DNA of 34,950 nucleotides from a virus (Duplodnaviria; Heunggongvirae; Uroviricota; Caudoviricetes): IMG/VR virus record IMGVR_UViG_2541047119_000014; one strand, 5' to 3'. Shown piece by piece: positions 1 to 8,969 of this stretch (position 1 is its first letter; each line of letters starts with the position of its first letter). The notes under the pieces were generated by a model. It saw only the letters and a program-made list of their open reading frames with translations, ran no database searches and was not told where the DNA came from. The position numbers and the translations under genes were made by a program.

Positions 1-163
1 TCTGTCGCGTCATAGTCAAAAATCTGACGTCGGTATCTGGTGACAAAGAACAGATGAACATGCATCAGGAAAACACAATGCCTTCCCCGTCGGATATCGG
101 TTTCTTTATTCATAGACCAAAGTATCATTTGGCCTGTGAAACGACTACTGTAACCAGGTGAAT

Positions 164-325
164 CATTTGATACCAACGAGGGTTTTAGTGAAAGGAGGTG
201 AAATCACCTGTAAGATACTGAAATAAAACAGGTGATGTCTGGATGAGCGCTTAAAGTCTATTTGATACCGATTGTGCAATAATTAATCATTTATTCTAAA
301 ATCGGCAAAACTTTTGATACTACGG
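164..325 (+). promoter_or_regulatory. Three direct end-repeats (catTTTGATACC at 164-174, TTTGATACC at 261-269, TTTGATAC at 313-320); candidate transposase binding sites L1-L3
   Basis: Direct repeats read in sequence, spaced about 95 and 52 bp apart, just inside the presumed left end and upstream of the repressor gene; arrangement resembles Mu attL. Confidence 0.55.
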
Positions 326-420
326 ATTGACGCTTAAAATGGCTTTAAAAAGGCTTAAAACGTTTTTCTCCAGATTGTCTTTAAAGGAGTGTACTACAGC
401 ACAAAAATTGCACCACTCCC

Positions 421-1005
421 TTACGCACTAGCCTTTTTCTGGGTTACATTTAAATGATTAACCTTAGCTTCACATTCTTCATAAATCTCTCTTACAGTAT
501 CATCGGGTAACTCTTGTAGACTCAATGCTAGTGCTCTTTTGACTCCGCTCAATGAGTGCAGTTTTTGAATATCTGTATCAAGCAAAACGGTTAGTAGTTC
601 GGCCCCTTTTCTGATCAATAAGTTGGACAAAATCTCTTGTTCAGATGAAGTTAGCGAGTCCCACGCCCTCATGATGATGGAATCACTATCATCAATTCTT
701 TGTTTTTTTGTTCTTTTTGCTTGTTCAATTGGTTCTTTTTTCATGCTTGGCTCATCACCATAACCATGGACTAGCCACTCCATAGATACATGTTCTCTTT
801 CTGCAATGTTCTGGAGATGGTGCTTTCTTGGTTGTGGTGGCGGCTGATTGTTTCTCCTTTTGTAGTAGTTCTGCAATGTCTGAACGTTTATTCCCCATGC
901 TCTAGCCGCCTCACTTCTCGATTTGTAACGCTCTGCAAGACGAAAAATCCGTTCGATCACTGGTTCTTTTCCTTCGTCGAGAAAAGAACTGTTTTTCATG
1001 TTCAT
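421..1005 (-). CDS. Prophage repressor (c-position), HTH DNA-binding protein
   Basis: First gene inside the left end, divergent from ner; HTH-like segment ARAWGINVQTLQNYY; start placed at the ATG at 1005 preceded by AAGGA (the track ORF extends to 1134 through AT-rich sequence). Confidence 0.6.
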   Translation of the reverse strand: MNMKNSSFLDEGKEPVIERIFRLAERYKSRSEAARAWGINVQTLQNYYKRRNNQPPPQPRKHHLQNIAEREHVSMEWLVHGYGDEPSMKKEPIEQAKRTKKQRIDDSDSIIMRAWDSLTSSEQEILSNLLIRKGAELLTVLLDTDIQKLHSLSGVKRALALSLQELPDDTVREIYEECEAKVNHLNVTQKKASA

Positions 1006-1114
1006 GCTCTCAGGTTCCTTTGTATTTATCTTATTGATATTAATAACAAAAACACTACAAAGAATAAAAAGAACAAAATACCTTGATCTGGTTCTTTTGT
1101 TTGTTCTATTATTT

Positions 1115-1150
1115 ACCCGTACAGATATCCGCACGAATATCCGCGCGGGT
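1115..1150. promoter_or_regulatory. Candidate operator in the c-ner divergent promoter region (ATATCCGC direct repeat inside a TACCCG/CGGGTA inverted repeat)
   Basis: ATATCCGC at 1125-1132 and 1137-1144, flanked by inverted tacccg/cgggta; about 25 bp upstream of the ner start. Confidence 0.4.
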
Positions 1151-1172
1151 AACTTTTTAGAATAGAGGAAGT

Positions 1173-1421
1173 ATGAGTAGAAGAGAAGTTTCAGATCACG
1201 ATTGGCCGCCTGAAATCATCAAGGCGCGCTTACACATGGCTGGCTTATCACTGCGCTCTTTATCTTTAAAGGCTGGTTACAGCAGGGATTCGCTGAAAAG
1301 CGTATTACGTACTCCTTGCCGACCGTATCAGCAAATAATTGCTGATGCTCTTGGGGTATCGCCTGAAGAAATCTGGCCCAGTCGATACCAGGTTAAGAGC
1401 TATATGAGAAAGGCGTCATGA
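1173..1421 (+). CDS. ner: Ner-like DNA-binding protein (Nlp family)
   Basis: 82 aa; QQIIADALGVSPEEIWPSRYQ matches the Ner C-terminal signature (Mu Ner: EQIIANALETKPEVIWPSRYQ, from memory); position immediately upstream of A. Confidence 0.85.
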   Translation: MSRREVSDHDWPPEIIKARLHMAGLSLRSLSLKAGYSRDSLKSVLRTPCRPYQQIIADALGVSPEEIWPSRYQVKSYMRKAS

Positions 1422-1422
1422 T

Positions 1423-3513
1423 ATGTATGTCATTGCAAAAGAACTGATTGGCGCGCCCGGAATGCCTGCTACAACAAAAGGTATTCGCCAGGCATTACAA
1501 CGTTACGTACAAGGGAAAAGCTGTTGTTCCCGTCGTCGCTCAGGCTCTAAAGCAACTGAATACAGTATCGACTGTTTACCTGAAGTGACGCAGCAGGCAT
1601 TACGTGAACGCTACGCCCTGCAACTGATGACGCAAAAAGCCGATGAATCACCGGCTCCGGTGGTGACAAAGGCCAGACGCTCGCCTGCCGTGGTTGATGC
1701 GGTGGAGGCATATCGCGGATCACCACAACTGATGGTTGAACGCCTTAATGCCCTGACTGAAAACCAGCGCCAGGTGGCTGATGCACGAATCGCGATCGTC
1801 AGCGAAGTGATGAAAGTCGCGCAACAACCCGGTTTCAGCTGTGCGAAAGCTATCCGGTTTATCGTTGACAACCTGGCACGTTCGCAGCTGGACGAGCGCA
1901 TTGTGGCAATGGTTGAGACGGCGAACGCCAAAAAGGGAAACAGCCGTGCGTTGAGTGAAATCACGCTGAAACGCTGGATTGCAGCCTTTAACAAGGCGCA
2001 GAACGCCGCCGAACGCCTGCTTTTGCTGGCACCGGGTAAGCGCCAGGAAATAAAAGCCGAAGATATTAACTGGCTGCCCGAATTTCTGGCGCAGTATCGC
2101 CAGTCAAACGGCCGACCAATGACCGAGGCCTACGAGGATTTTGTCGCTGAATGGCAGCACCGGCACGCTGATGAGCCTTATATGCTCGATATCATGCCGT
2201 CTTATGACACCATTCGCCGCGCAATGAAGAAACTGCCGGAAGTGGTGAAACAAAAAGGCCGGGTGACCGGCAGTGAATATCGCCAGCTTGAGGGATTCAC
2301 GCGCCGCGACTGGTCAAAAATGCCGGTGAATTATGTCTGGATTGGTGACGGTCACGGCATGAAGCTGAAATGCAGGCACCCGGTTCACGGGCGGCCATTT
2401 GCACCGGAAGTGACCTTTGTTATCGACGGTGGCACGCGCTTTGTGGTGGGCTGGAGCCTTGACCTGGCTGAAAATGTTTTCGCCGTAGCCGGTGCCATAC
2501 AGCACGGTATTCGTAATCACGGCAAACCGTTTCTGTATTACTCGGATAACGGTTCCGGGGAAACCGCCGACATCCTGGATAAGGAAGTTGTGGGGATTCT
2601 GCCGCGACTGGGGATTAATCACCCGACAGGGATTGCCGGTAACCCGCAGGGACGGGGCATTATCGAACGGCTTAACCGCACATTACCGATGCGCATAGCC
2701 CGTAAATACCGCACCTATTTCGGGAAAGGTGCAGATCGCGAGACGTTACGTAAAACCAACCGCGATTTACGCTCGGCATTCAGTGCCCTGCAACAGGGCA
2801 AACGGCTGAACGCCCGGCAGCAGTCAGCGATGCGTGATTTACCGTCCTGGGCTGAACTGATTGATGCCATTCGTGATGGTGTTGAGTGGTACAACAACCG
2901 GCCGCACGATGAATTACCCATAAAACCGAACGGCAAGCATTACAGCCCGGCGGAGTTCAGAAAAAAACGCCTGGCGGAAGAGGACACGGAAATTGAATGG
3001 CTGTCCGATGTTGAGCTGCGGGATATGTTCCGGCCGATGGTGGAACGCCCTGTAAGACGCTGTGAAATACGCTGGCTGAATAATATTTACTACGCTCCCG
3101 AGCTGCGTGATGAGCATGGCCGCAAGGTGCTTATCAGCTATGACATTCATGATGCCGAACGAATTACCGTACGTCGCCTGGATGGCAGCGTGATTTGCGA
3201 GGCGGTATGGGGCGGCAATAAACGCGAAGCCTTCCCGGTCAGCGCGGAATACTACAAACAGCAGCAACGCCTTAAAGGCATGCGTAAACGCGCAGAGGAA
3301 AAAATCCGTGATGCCGAGGATGAGGTGGTCAACGTGCTGGAGCACAAGCAGCAGGAGCCATGGCTGGAAAACATCTATCGCCCTGTGGGTAATGCGGTGA
3401 TCGTTCAGCAACCGGTCGCTGACGATGAACCTGATGAAGAATACGAGCGTAATTTCCAGCGGGGATTGCAGTTGCTGGAAGCGAAATTAAAAGAAAATGA
3501 CCCGCTGGCCTGA
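1423..3513 (+). CDS. A: Mu-type DDE transposase A
   Basis: 696 aa; position after ner; catalytic-core-like segments (WIGDGHGMK, YYSDNGSGE); length and C-terminal acidic tail typical of MuA. Confidence 0.92.
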   Translation: MYVIAKELIGAPGMPATTKGIRQALQRYVQGKSCCSRRRSGSKATEYSIDCLPEVTQQALRERYALQLMTQKADESPAPVVTKARRSPAVVDAVEAYRGSPQLMVERLNALTENQRQVADARIAIVSEVMKVAQQPGFSCAKAIRFIVDNLARSQLDERIVAMVETANAKKGNSRALSEITLKRWIAAFNKAQNAAERLLLLAPGKRQEIKAEDINWLPEFLAQYRQSNGRPMTEAYEDFVAEWQHRHADEPYMLDIMPSYDTIRRAMKKLPEVVKQKGRVTGSEYRQLEGFTRRDWSKMPVNYVWIGDGHGMKLKCRHPVHGRPFAPEVTFVIDGGTRFVVGWSLDLAENVFAVAGAIQHGIRNHGKPFLYYSDNGSGETADILDKEVVGILPRLGINHPTGIAGNPQGRGIIERLNRTLPMRIARKYRTYFGKGADRETLRKTNRDLRSAFSALQQGKRLNARQQSAMRDLPSWAELIDAIRDGVEWYNNRPHDELPIKPNGKHYSPAEFRKKRLAEEDTEIEWLSDVELRDMFRPMVERPVRRCEIRWLNNIYYAPELRDEHGRKVLISYDIHDAERITVRRLDGSVICEAVWGGNKREAFPVSAEYYKQQQRLKGMRKRAEEKIRDAEDEVVNVLEHKQQEPWLENIYRPVGNAVIVQQPVADDEPDEEYERNFQRGLQLLEAKLKENDPLA

Positions 3514-3584
3514 AATAAAAAAATAACCCGAGCGGCGACTCAGGTTATTTGATTAAACAAGGTATCAAATGAGAGGTTAATAAT

Positions 3585-4517
3585 ATGACTGATATTAACG
3601 ATGTAATCAAGACCATTGATGAACTTATTGATGGCGGCGTACTGACGCAGTATGCCATCGCCAGAGAGGCGGGAATTTCCGACGGCACATTATCGGCTTT
3701 CCGTAAGGGAAAATATAAAGGCGATAACGCTGCTGTGGCTGCTTCCCTGCGTTCCTGGTATGAGAACTGGAATAAACAAAGCGCACTGCCGGAACCGCCG
3801 CAGTTTGTGGAAACGCAGACAGTCCAGGAGCTGCGCGCACTGTTTCAGGCGGTTCGTCTGATGGGCTGTATTAACGTTATTGTGGGCGTACCGGGTGTGG
3901 GTAAAACGGCCACCGCCCGTAATTACTGCCAGGAGCAACCAAACACCTGGATGATCACCCTGTCACCCGCGCACTCCAGCGTCACGGAGTGTCTGCTGGA
4001 GCTGGCCGATGCGCTGGGGATTGATTACACCCGCGCGAACAAAGGGGCATTATCCCGCGCCATCCGCCGTCGCCTGATGGGAACGCGTGGACTGGTGATT
4101 GTGGATGAGGCGGATCATCTTGGTATTGACGGTCTGGAGCAACTCCGGGCAATTCAGGACGCCACGGGGATCGGGATGGTGCTTATTGGTAACCCGCGCG
4201 GATTGTTTAAAGGTGGACGCCGCGCCTTTGATGATTTATCGCGCCTGTTCAGCCGTCTTGCCCGTACAAAACAACTTCGCAAGGCCAAAAAGGCGGATGT
4301 GCTGGCCATTGCCAGGGCATGGGGTATCAGTGGTGAGGCCGAGCTGGCCGTCATGCAGGCTATCGCTGAAAAGCCGGGAGCGTTACGCGTTCTGACACAT
4401 ACGCTTAACCAGGCGTGGCTCACCGCCAGCGGTGAAGGTGCGGCGCTGACAGAAAAACATATTAATGCGGCCTTTAAAGAGGTTTATACCAACCCTGAAT
4501 TACTCTCACAGGTGTGA
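3585..4517 (+). CDS. B: Mu B-like AAA+ ATPase (target DNA activator)
   Basis: 310 aa; Walker A GVPGVGKT, Walker B VIVDEADHL; N-terminal HTH; follows A. RBS GAGAGG before the ATG at 3585. Confidence 0.9.
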   Translation: MTDINDVIKTIDELIDGGVLTQYAIAREAGISDGTLSAFRKGKYKGDNAAVAASLRSWYENWNKQSALPEPPQFVETQTVQELRALFQAVRLMGCINVIVGVPGVGKTATARNYCQEQPNTWMITLSPAHSSVTECLLELADALGIDYTRANKGALSRAIRRRLMGTRGLVIVDEADHLGIDGLEQLRAIQDATGIGMVLIGNPRGLFKGGRRAFDDLSRLFSRLARTKQLRKAKKADVLAIARAWGISGEAELAVMQAIAEKPGALRVLTHTLNQAWLTASGEGAALTEKHINAAFKEVYTNPELLSQV

Positions 4518-4741
4518 TTATGGCGGTATTTTATATTCCTGATATTTACGGACGCTTTTACCTGGTTAATTTCGATAACGTGAAGGTGATTTCACTGGCC
4601 GAAAATAAAGAATGTGGCGATTTACTTTTTGAATTTAATGACCGCACACGAATGGTGATATATGCCGGACTTGATCGCGAAGGTGCGACAGAAGTTTACA
4701 GCGGAATATGCCGTTCTGTTGGTGCGAAACAAGTCAGCTAA
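4514..4741 (+). CDS. Small early protein (kil position), hypothetical
   Basis: 75 aa ORF overlapping the B stop; position equivalent to Mu kil; no recognisable motif. Confidence 0.45.
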   Translation: MIMAVFYIPDIYGRFYLVNFDNVKVISLAENKECGDLLFEFNDRTRMVIYAGLDREGATEVYSGICRSVGAKQVS

Positions 4742-4753
4742 ATGAGGTGTTAT

Positions 4754-5008
4754 ATGAATATGCAATCCTGCGGTAACAAAATGAATTTATTCGACTCCCT
4801 GAACAGCGCGCGCCGTCTGACCGAACTTGCCGGTGCGGTACTGGAACGCAGTAAGCGCTACCCACAACGTTTTGCACTGAAAACCACGCCGCCGGTAGGC
4901 AACGTGCAGGGAACCGGTGAAATTGAAATCACCATACAGACCAACGGCCTGCGCCGCCGTGTGAAGGCCACCCGCATCAGCGGCTGCACGGTTTACTGGG
5001 AGGTGTGA
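4754..5008 (+). CDS. Hypothetical early protein
   Basis: ORF with GAGGTG RBS 4 nt before the ATG at 4754; tightly packed in the early operon. Confidence 0.45.
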   Translation: MNMQSCGNKMNLFDSLNSARRLTELAGAVLERSKRYPQRFALKTTPPVGNVQGTGEIEITIQTNGLRRRVKATRISGCTVYWEV

Positions 5009-5009
5009 G

Positions 5010-5291
5010 GTGAAAAAAAATCTCATTGCATGGGCGTGGTCGAGTGGTCTTATTGAGTTTGGTTACGTCCTGCCGGAAGGTGCATTGCCGATAGTTGCCG
5101 GAAAGCCTGCCACGGTACGGCATGTGATTGAGGTTATGGCGCGTCATGGACGTGATGAACAGGAGCAGTTACTGGTTCCGGGGATACCGGAAGCGGTGAC
5201 GGAGGAAGAAGCCTTTAATGCCATGATTCGGTTCTGCCGTGAGGTCAGACGCCGGGTCAGTTATCCAAACAGAACGAGGACCAGAGGATGA
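5010..5291 (+). CDS. Hypothetical early protein (GTG start)
   Basis: 93 aa ORF, GTG start directly after the previous stop. Confidence 0.45.
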   Translation: MKKNLIAWAWSSGLIEFGYVLPEGALPIVAGKPATVRHVIEVMARHGRDEQEQLLVPGIPEAVTEEEAFNAMIRFCREVRRRVSYPNRTRTRG

Positions 5292-5560
5292 GTAAAGTCG
5301 TACGCATTATTTTCGAATACAAGGAGCACGTTATCCATAAAAACGCTGATGGAACAGTGCGCATGGGGGTAAGTCTGGACATACGTTCAACCGGGATAAA
5401 GCAGAAAGGTGATGGACCCGCCATGATTTTTGGAGTGGTTATGCTCGCGGAAAGCAGAGACTTTGCTGAACTTGTGGCAATGAAAGCCAGAGCGCTCATG
5501 AAAGATATGAACATGAGTTCTGGGGTTATTAAAGGTAATGAATTTAATCAGCAGGGGTAA
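5288..5560 (+). CDS. Hypothetical early protein, paralogue 1 (MSKVVRIIFEYKEH...)
   Basis: 90 aa; N-terminus nearly identical in pattern to the next gene. Confidence 0.55.
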   Translation: MSKVVRIIFEYKEHVIHKNADGTVRMGVSLDIRSTGIKQKGDGPAMIFGVVMLAESRDFAELVAMKARALMKDMNMSSGVIKGNEFNQQG

Positions 5561-5564
5561 TTCC

Positions 5565-5858
5565 ATGAGCAAAGTACGCGTTATTTTTGAATTTGAGCAT
5601 GTTTCGCATGACGAAAAACCGGCAGGCAATGACAGTGTTGAAGTGCATGAAAAGATTGGAGTGGATGTGAAAACAGAACGTGATACGGATAACAGGCCGA
5701 CGTCACTCTGTGACGTTTATGCAAGCATTCTCCAGTATCACAGTCCTGTAATTATTCAGTTTCTCTCAGCGGAATTTCAGGCATCTGTACAGGCTTTTGG
5801 GGCGGATGCCATCATTAAACGCCACCGCGTGCATAAAGCATCAGGCACACTGCAATAA
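5565..5858 (+). CDS. Hypothetical early protein, paralogue 2 (MSKVRVIFEFEH...)
   Basis: ATG at 5565 preceded by GCAGGGG and the previous stop; N-terminal similarity to the 5288 ORF. Confidence 0.55.
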   Translation: MSKVRVIFEFEHVSHDEKPAGNDSVEVHEKIGVDVKTERDTDNRPTSLCDVYASILQYHSPVIIQFLSAEFQASVQAFGADAIIKRHRVHKASGTLQ

Positions 5859-5869
5859 GGAAAAACAAA

Positions 5870-6400
5870 ATGGCTAAACGTGTTACAAAATTAAAGGCCG
5901 CAGCCGAGGCTGCACCGCAGACCCGCGAAGAAGTCAGCCGCGATATCCGCACCCTGGGCGATATTCAGCGAGAGGCGCTGCGGCTGGAAACGGCGATGAA
6001 TGATGAAGTGGCAGAAATCACCGCCCGTTATACGCCGCAAATTGAAAACCTTAAAAAAGAAATCAAAGTGCTTTTTAAGGGGATTCAGGACTGGTGCAAA
6101 ACCAACCGCGATGAGCTGACGAACGGCGGCAAAACCAAAACAGCCAATCTGACCACCGGAACGGTGTCATGGCGACTGGGGAATCCATCATGCAGCGTCA
6201 GTCGTGATGTGGAAGGTGTGATTGAAATGCTGCGCCGTATGGGCCTTGAGCGTTTTATCCGCACGAAAGAGGAAGTGAACAAGGAAGCGGTCCTGGCGGA
6301 GCCGGATGCGGTGAAAGGGATTGCCGGTATTAAGGTGAATAAAGGCGCTGAAAGTTTTTATGTCGAGCCTTTTGAACAGGACGCCGGACTGAATAAATAA
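5870..6400 (+). CDS. gam: Gam host-nuclease inhibitor (Ku-like DNA end-binding protein)
   Basis: 176 aa; long runs match Mu Gam from memory (RDELTNGGKTKTANL, RFIRTKEEVNKEA, IGDIQREALRLE). Confidence 0.9.
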   Translation: MAKRVTKLKAAAEAAPQTREEVSRDIRTLGDIQREALRLETAMNDEVAEITARYTPQIENLKKEIKVLFKGIQDWCKTNRDELTNGGKTKTANLTTGTVSWRLGNPSCSVSRDVEGVIEMLRRMGLERFIRTKEEVNKEAVLAEPDAVKGIAGIKVNKGAESFYVEPFEQDAGLNK

Positions 6401-6497
6401 CACCGCATTAATCAATTAAATATCACTTCGTTTTAATTATGGCGCTCGCGTCAGGGGACTGCCTGCGCCTGTAAACTGAAAATAAGGAACAGGATAT

Positions 6498-7040
6498 ATG
6501 GCATATTTTTATTTCAAATTAGACCGTGTGCAGACAAATAAATATTTCACCAAATATCAACAGACTGTTTTACCGCTACGCAACAGTATTCTTCGGGCAT
6601 TACTGAAAAATACAGGCGCTGCCGGATTGCGCTTAAAGCCGTTTGCCATGGACGTAATCAGTGAGTTTTATTTTTCTGGTGCTCTGCCTGCGGGCTGGCG
6701 TAAGCGCGATGATGTGGCTTTTATCGGGGACGGACCGTGCTTTATTGCCAGACCTGATGAGTCATGCCCTGAAGGTCCGGCGATTGCCGCAATGATTGAA
6801 ACCGCTGAACGTGAGTTAAGAAAGCGTCCTGATTTCCTTGTCTGGCTCTGTGAAAAGCTGGGGGTAATGAGAATCCCCTCCATGTTTAACACGGACTCCT
6901 GGTGGACCCCGTCGCTCTCCCGTGATGCCCTGTGCGTGGTGTTTAAAGTAGGCGCTTATGGCAGGGAAATAAAAGGGTGTATTCCTGAAGAATGCCAGGA
7001 AATTAAACATTCTGAATATGTGGCGCTGACGGAGGAATAA
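6498..7040 (+). CDS. Hypothetical protein (semi-essential region)
   Basis: 180 aa ORF; first of four tightly packed genes of similar size. Confidence 0.5.
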   Translation: MAYFYFKLDRVQTNKYFTKYQQTVLPLRNSILRALLKNTGAAGLRLKPFAMDVISEFYFSGALPAGWRKRDDVAFIGDGPCFIARPDESCPEGPAIAAMIETAERELRKRPDFLVWLCEKLGVMRIPSMFNTDSWWTPSLSRDALCVVFKVGAYGREIKGCIPEECQEIKHSEYVALTEE

Positions 7041-7043
7041 TTC

Positions 7044-7577
7044 ATGATTGATGCAAAAGTGCTTGAAGGGGTTAAAAACTGGCTGAGTATTTACGGGCGT
7101 CTGACCTGCGGCATTCTGGCTGAAAAAATGAATATGCCGCCATCCTCGATGGTTTATTTTCTGCGTGATGCGGTCGATGCCGGGGTGCTGACGGAATGTA
7201 ACGGTTTTTATGATATTCCGCGTCCCCGCCCGGTGCAGCCGGTTCGTCGCAAATGCAGCCAGGAAGGTGCGGCTGATGATGTTCAGTGGTGCAGCTTCAG
7301 AAAATCCCTGCCGTGGATTGAGGGGCATGATATTCCGTCGATGGCGTGGGAATTTGCTCAGGGCGTACTGACCTGCGAAACCGTTTATGTGGTGGCTGAA
7401 GTTGATGAGCAGGCCATGAAAGAAGGCGTGCCCCAGTTTGTGATGGCGTATATCGACATTCGCCTGGGTGTCATTATCTGCGGTTTAAGCGGCTGGAATA
7501 TCACCGAACATGTTCTGCGTTACCTGATTGTTGACCGGACGGCTGCGCCTGCCGGGATATCTGCGGAGGTGGCGTAA
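7044..7577 (+). CDS. Hypothetical protein (semi-essential region)
   Basis: 177 aa ORF, 3 bp after the previous gene. Confidence 0.5.
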   Translation: MIDAKVLEGVKNWLSIYGRLTCGILAEKMNMPPSSMVYFLRDAVDAGVLTECNGFYDIPRPRPVQPVRRKCSQEGAADDVQWCSFRKSLPWIEGHDIPSMAWEFAQGVLTCETVYVVAEVDEQAMKEGVPQFVMAYIDIRLGVIICGLSGWNITEHVLRYLIVDRTAAPAGISAEVA

Positions 7578-8092
7578 TGTTCTTTAAAACATCAAACCCT
7601 TCCGCGCTGGCTGCGTGGCAAAAATACCAGCAGGACTACAAGAAAGTTAAGGATGAGGCAAAACGTCTTGAGGCCGTGCTGAATGTTGATTGTCGGTCGG
7701 TATTTGTATCCGGTATCAATGGTTTTTATTTTAAAGGACTGCGTTTTACGGATAACAAATATCCTTTTCATCGCGACTTATGGCGAAAACCGACTGCGTC
7801 GAATGGCTGGAGCTGCACGCCGCGCACATCGTGTATTCCCAAAGCCCTGTGCGCTGCCTCTGACGAACTTAACAGTCTGTGGCGTGAATATTCGCCCGTC
7901 ACGTATGCCAGAACCGATGCCCTGTTGTTCTGGCTGGGTATTGATTTCTCGGCAATCCTGTTTGGCCCTGTGGAGTGGTTCTGCGTTGACGATGTGATTT
8001 ACCTTCAGTGCGGCGTAAAACCCGCAAAACAGAAAATGACCGAAATTCTGTCTGATGAGTTTTATGCTGCTGAAAAGCGAGTCAGGGGGTGA
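7577..8092 (+). CDS. Hypothetical protein (semi-essential region)
   Basis: 171 aa ORF; start overlaps the previous stop. Confidence 0.5.
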   Translation: MFFKTSNPSALAAWQKYQQDYKKVKDEAKRLEAVLNVDCRSVFVSGINGFYFKGLRFTDNKYPFHRDLWRKPTASNGWSCTPRTSCIPKALCAASDELNSLWREYSPVTYARTDALLFWLGIDFSAILFGPVEWFCVDDVIYLQCGVKPAKQKMTEILSDEFYAAEKRVRG

Positions 8093-8095
8093 TGT

Positions 8096-8647
8096 ATGAT
8101 GATTTTACAACCCATGGGGCGAAAAGGCCGTGCACCCGCTCATGTCCGTGCGTGGACACCTGAAGAAGATGCACTGCTGATTGCGCTTTATCCATCCACC
8201 CCGGTTAAGGATATTGCTGTCAGGGTAAAAAGAAGTTTCTGGGGTGTACATAACCGGATTGTTTTATTACGCGGTACTTACCCGGAGTTGCTCAAATGCA
8301 AACGTCCAAGATTTAAACATGATGAAGATAAATTTATCCGAAAAAATGCCAGAACGATGACCGGTAAGCAAATAGGAGAATATCTGGGGCGAGACCGGGA
8401 TTCTGTCCACAAACGGGCGCGATATATTGGCGTAAGCATGAAAAAATACGGAGAGTTGCTGCCCTTCACCCGTATACCTGATGATGATGTTCATCTTATT
8501 CGTGAATTACGGGATGCTGAATCACCACGACGTCTTACCTTCCGGGAAATAGGCGAGAAATTTGAATTATCCGAGAGTACGGTGAATTTTATTTATCACC
8601 ATCGCCGGACTGCCGAAGATGTTGTATTACGGGAGTTAATGCCATGA
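8096..8647 (+). CDS. Hypothetical DNA-binding protein with three HTH-like repeats
   Basis: 183 aa; three segments with an HTH-like pattern (WTPEEDALLIALY..., MTGKQIGEYLGRDRDSVHKRARYIG, LTFREIGEKFELSESTVNFIYHH). Confidence 0.5.
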   Translation: MMILQPMGRKGRAPAHVRAWTPEEDALLIALYPSTPVKDIAVRVKRSFWGVHNRIVLLRGTYPELLKCKRPRFKHDEDKFIRKNARTMTGKQIGEYLGRDRDSVHKRARYIGVSMKKYGELLPFTRIPDDDVHLIRELRDAESPRRLTFREIGEKFELSESTVNFIYHHRRTAEDVVLRELMP

Positions 8648-8955
8648 TAACGACATTATTTGTTGAATCAGACGAGCCTCTGGTATGTGTCGCCGGAATG
8701 TCGGTTTGTGGCGGAACGCTGACCGGTGTTTATTTCGGGGATTTGCGCGGTTATCCCTGGCATTCACTGGATGACGCATTTCCGCCTGATATGGAGGCTG
8801 TCGTGCTGATTGTTCAGTATGGTGACCAACAGGAACTGCGCATCGGCCATATGGGGTATGAAGGCTTTTTTATTGATGAAGAAACCGGAGCCTGCCTTGA
8901 AGATGAGGACGGACAGGTGACGCACTGGTGCCATATTTCAGCTTTACCGGAATGA
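8644..8955 (+). CDS. Hypothetical protein
   Basis: 103 aa ORF overlapping the previous stop. Confidence 0.45.
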   Translation: MITTLFVESDEPLVCVAGMSVCGGTLTGVYFGDLRGYPWHSLDDAFPPDMEAVVLIVQYGDQQELRIGHMGYEGFFIDEETGACLEDEDGQVTHWCHISALPE

Positions 8956-8969
8956 CGGGAGGTGAATGC

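Noticed and set aside
1006-1134. N-terminal 43 residues of the repressor ORF as given in the track
   Set aside because: Low-complexity translation of the AT-rich promoter region; the ATG at 1005 with AAGGA upstream is the more plausible start.
2914-3411. 165-aa minus-strand ORF
   Set aside because: Lies entirely antisense within the transposase A gene; frame artefact of GC-rich coding DNA.
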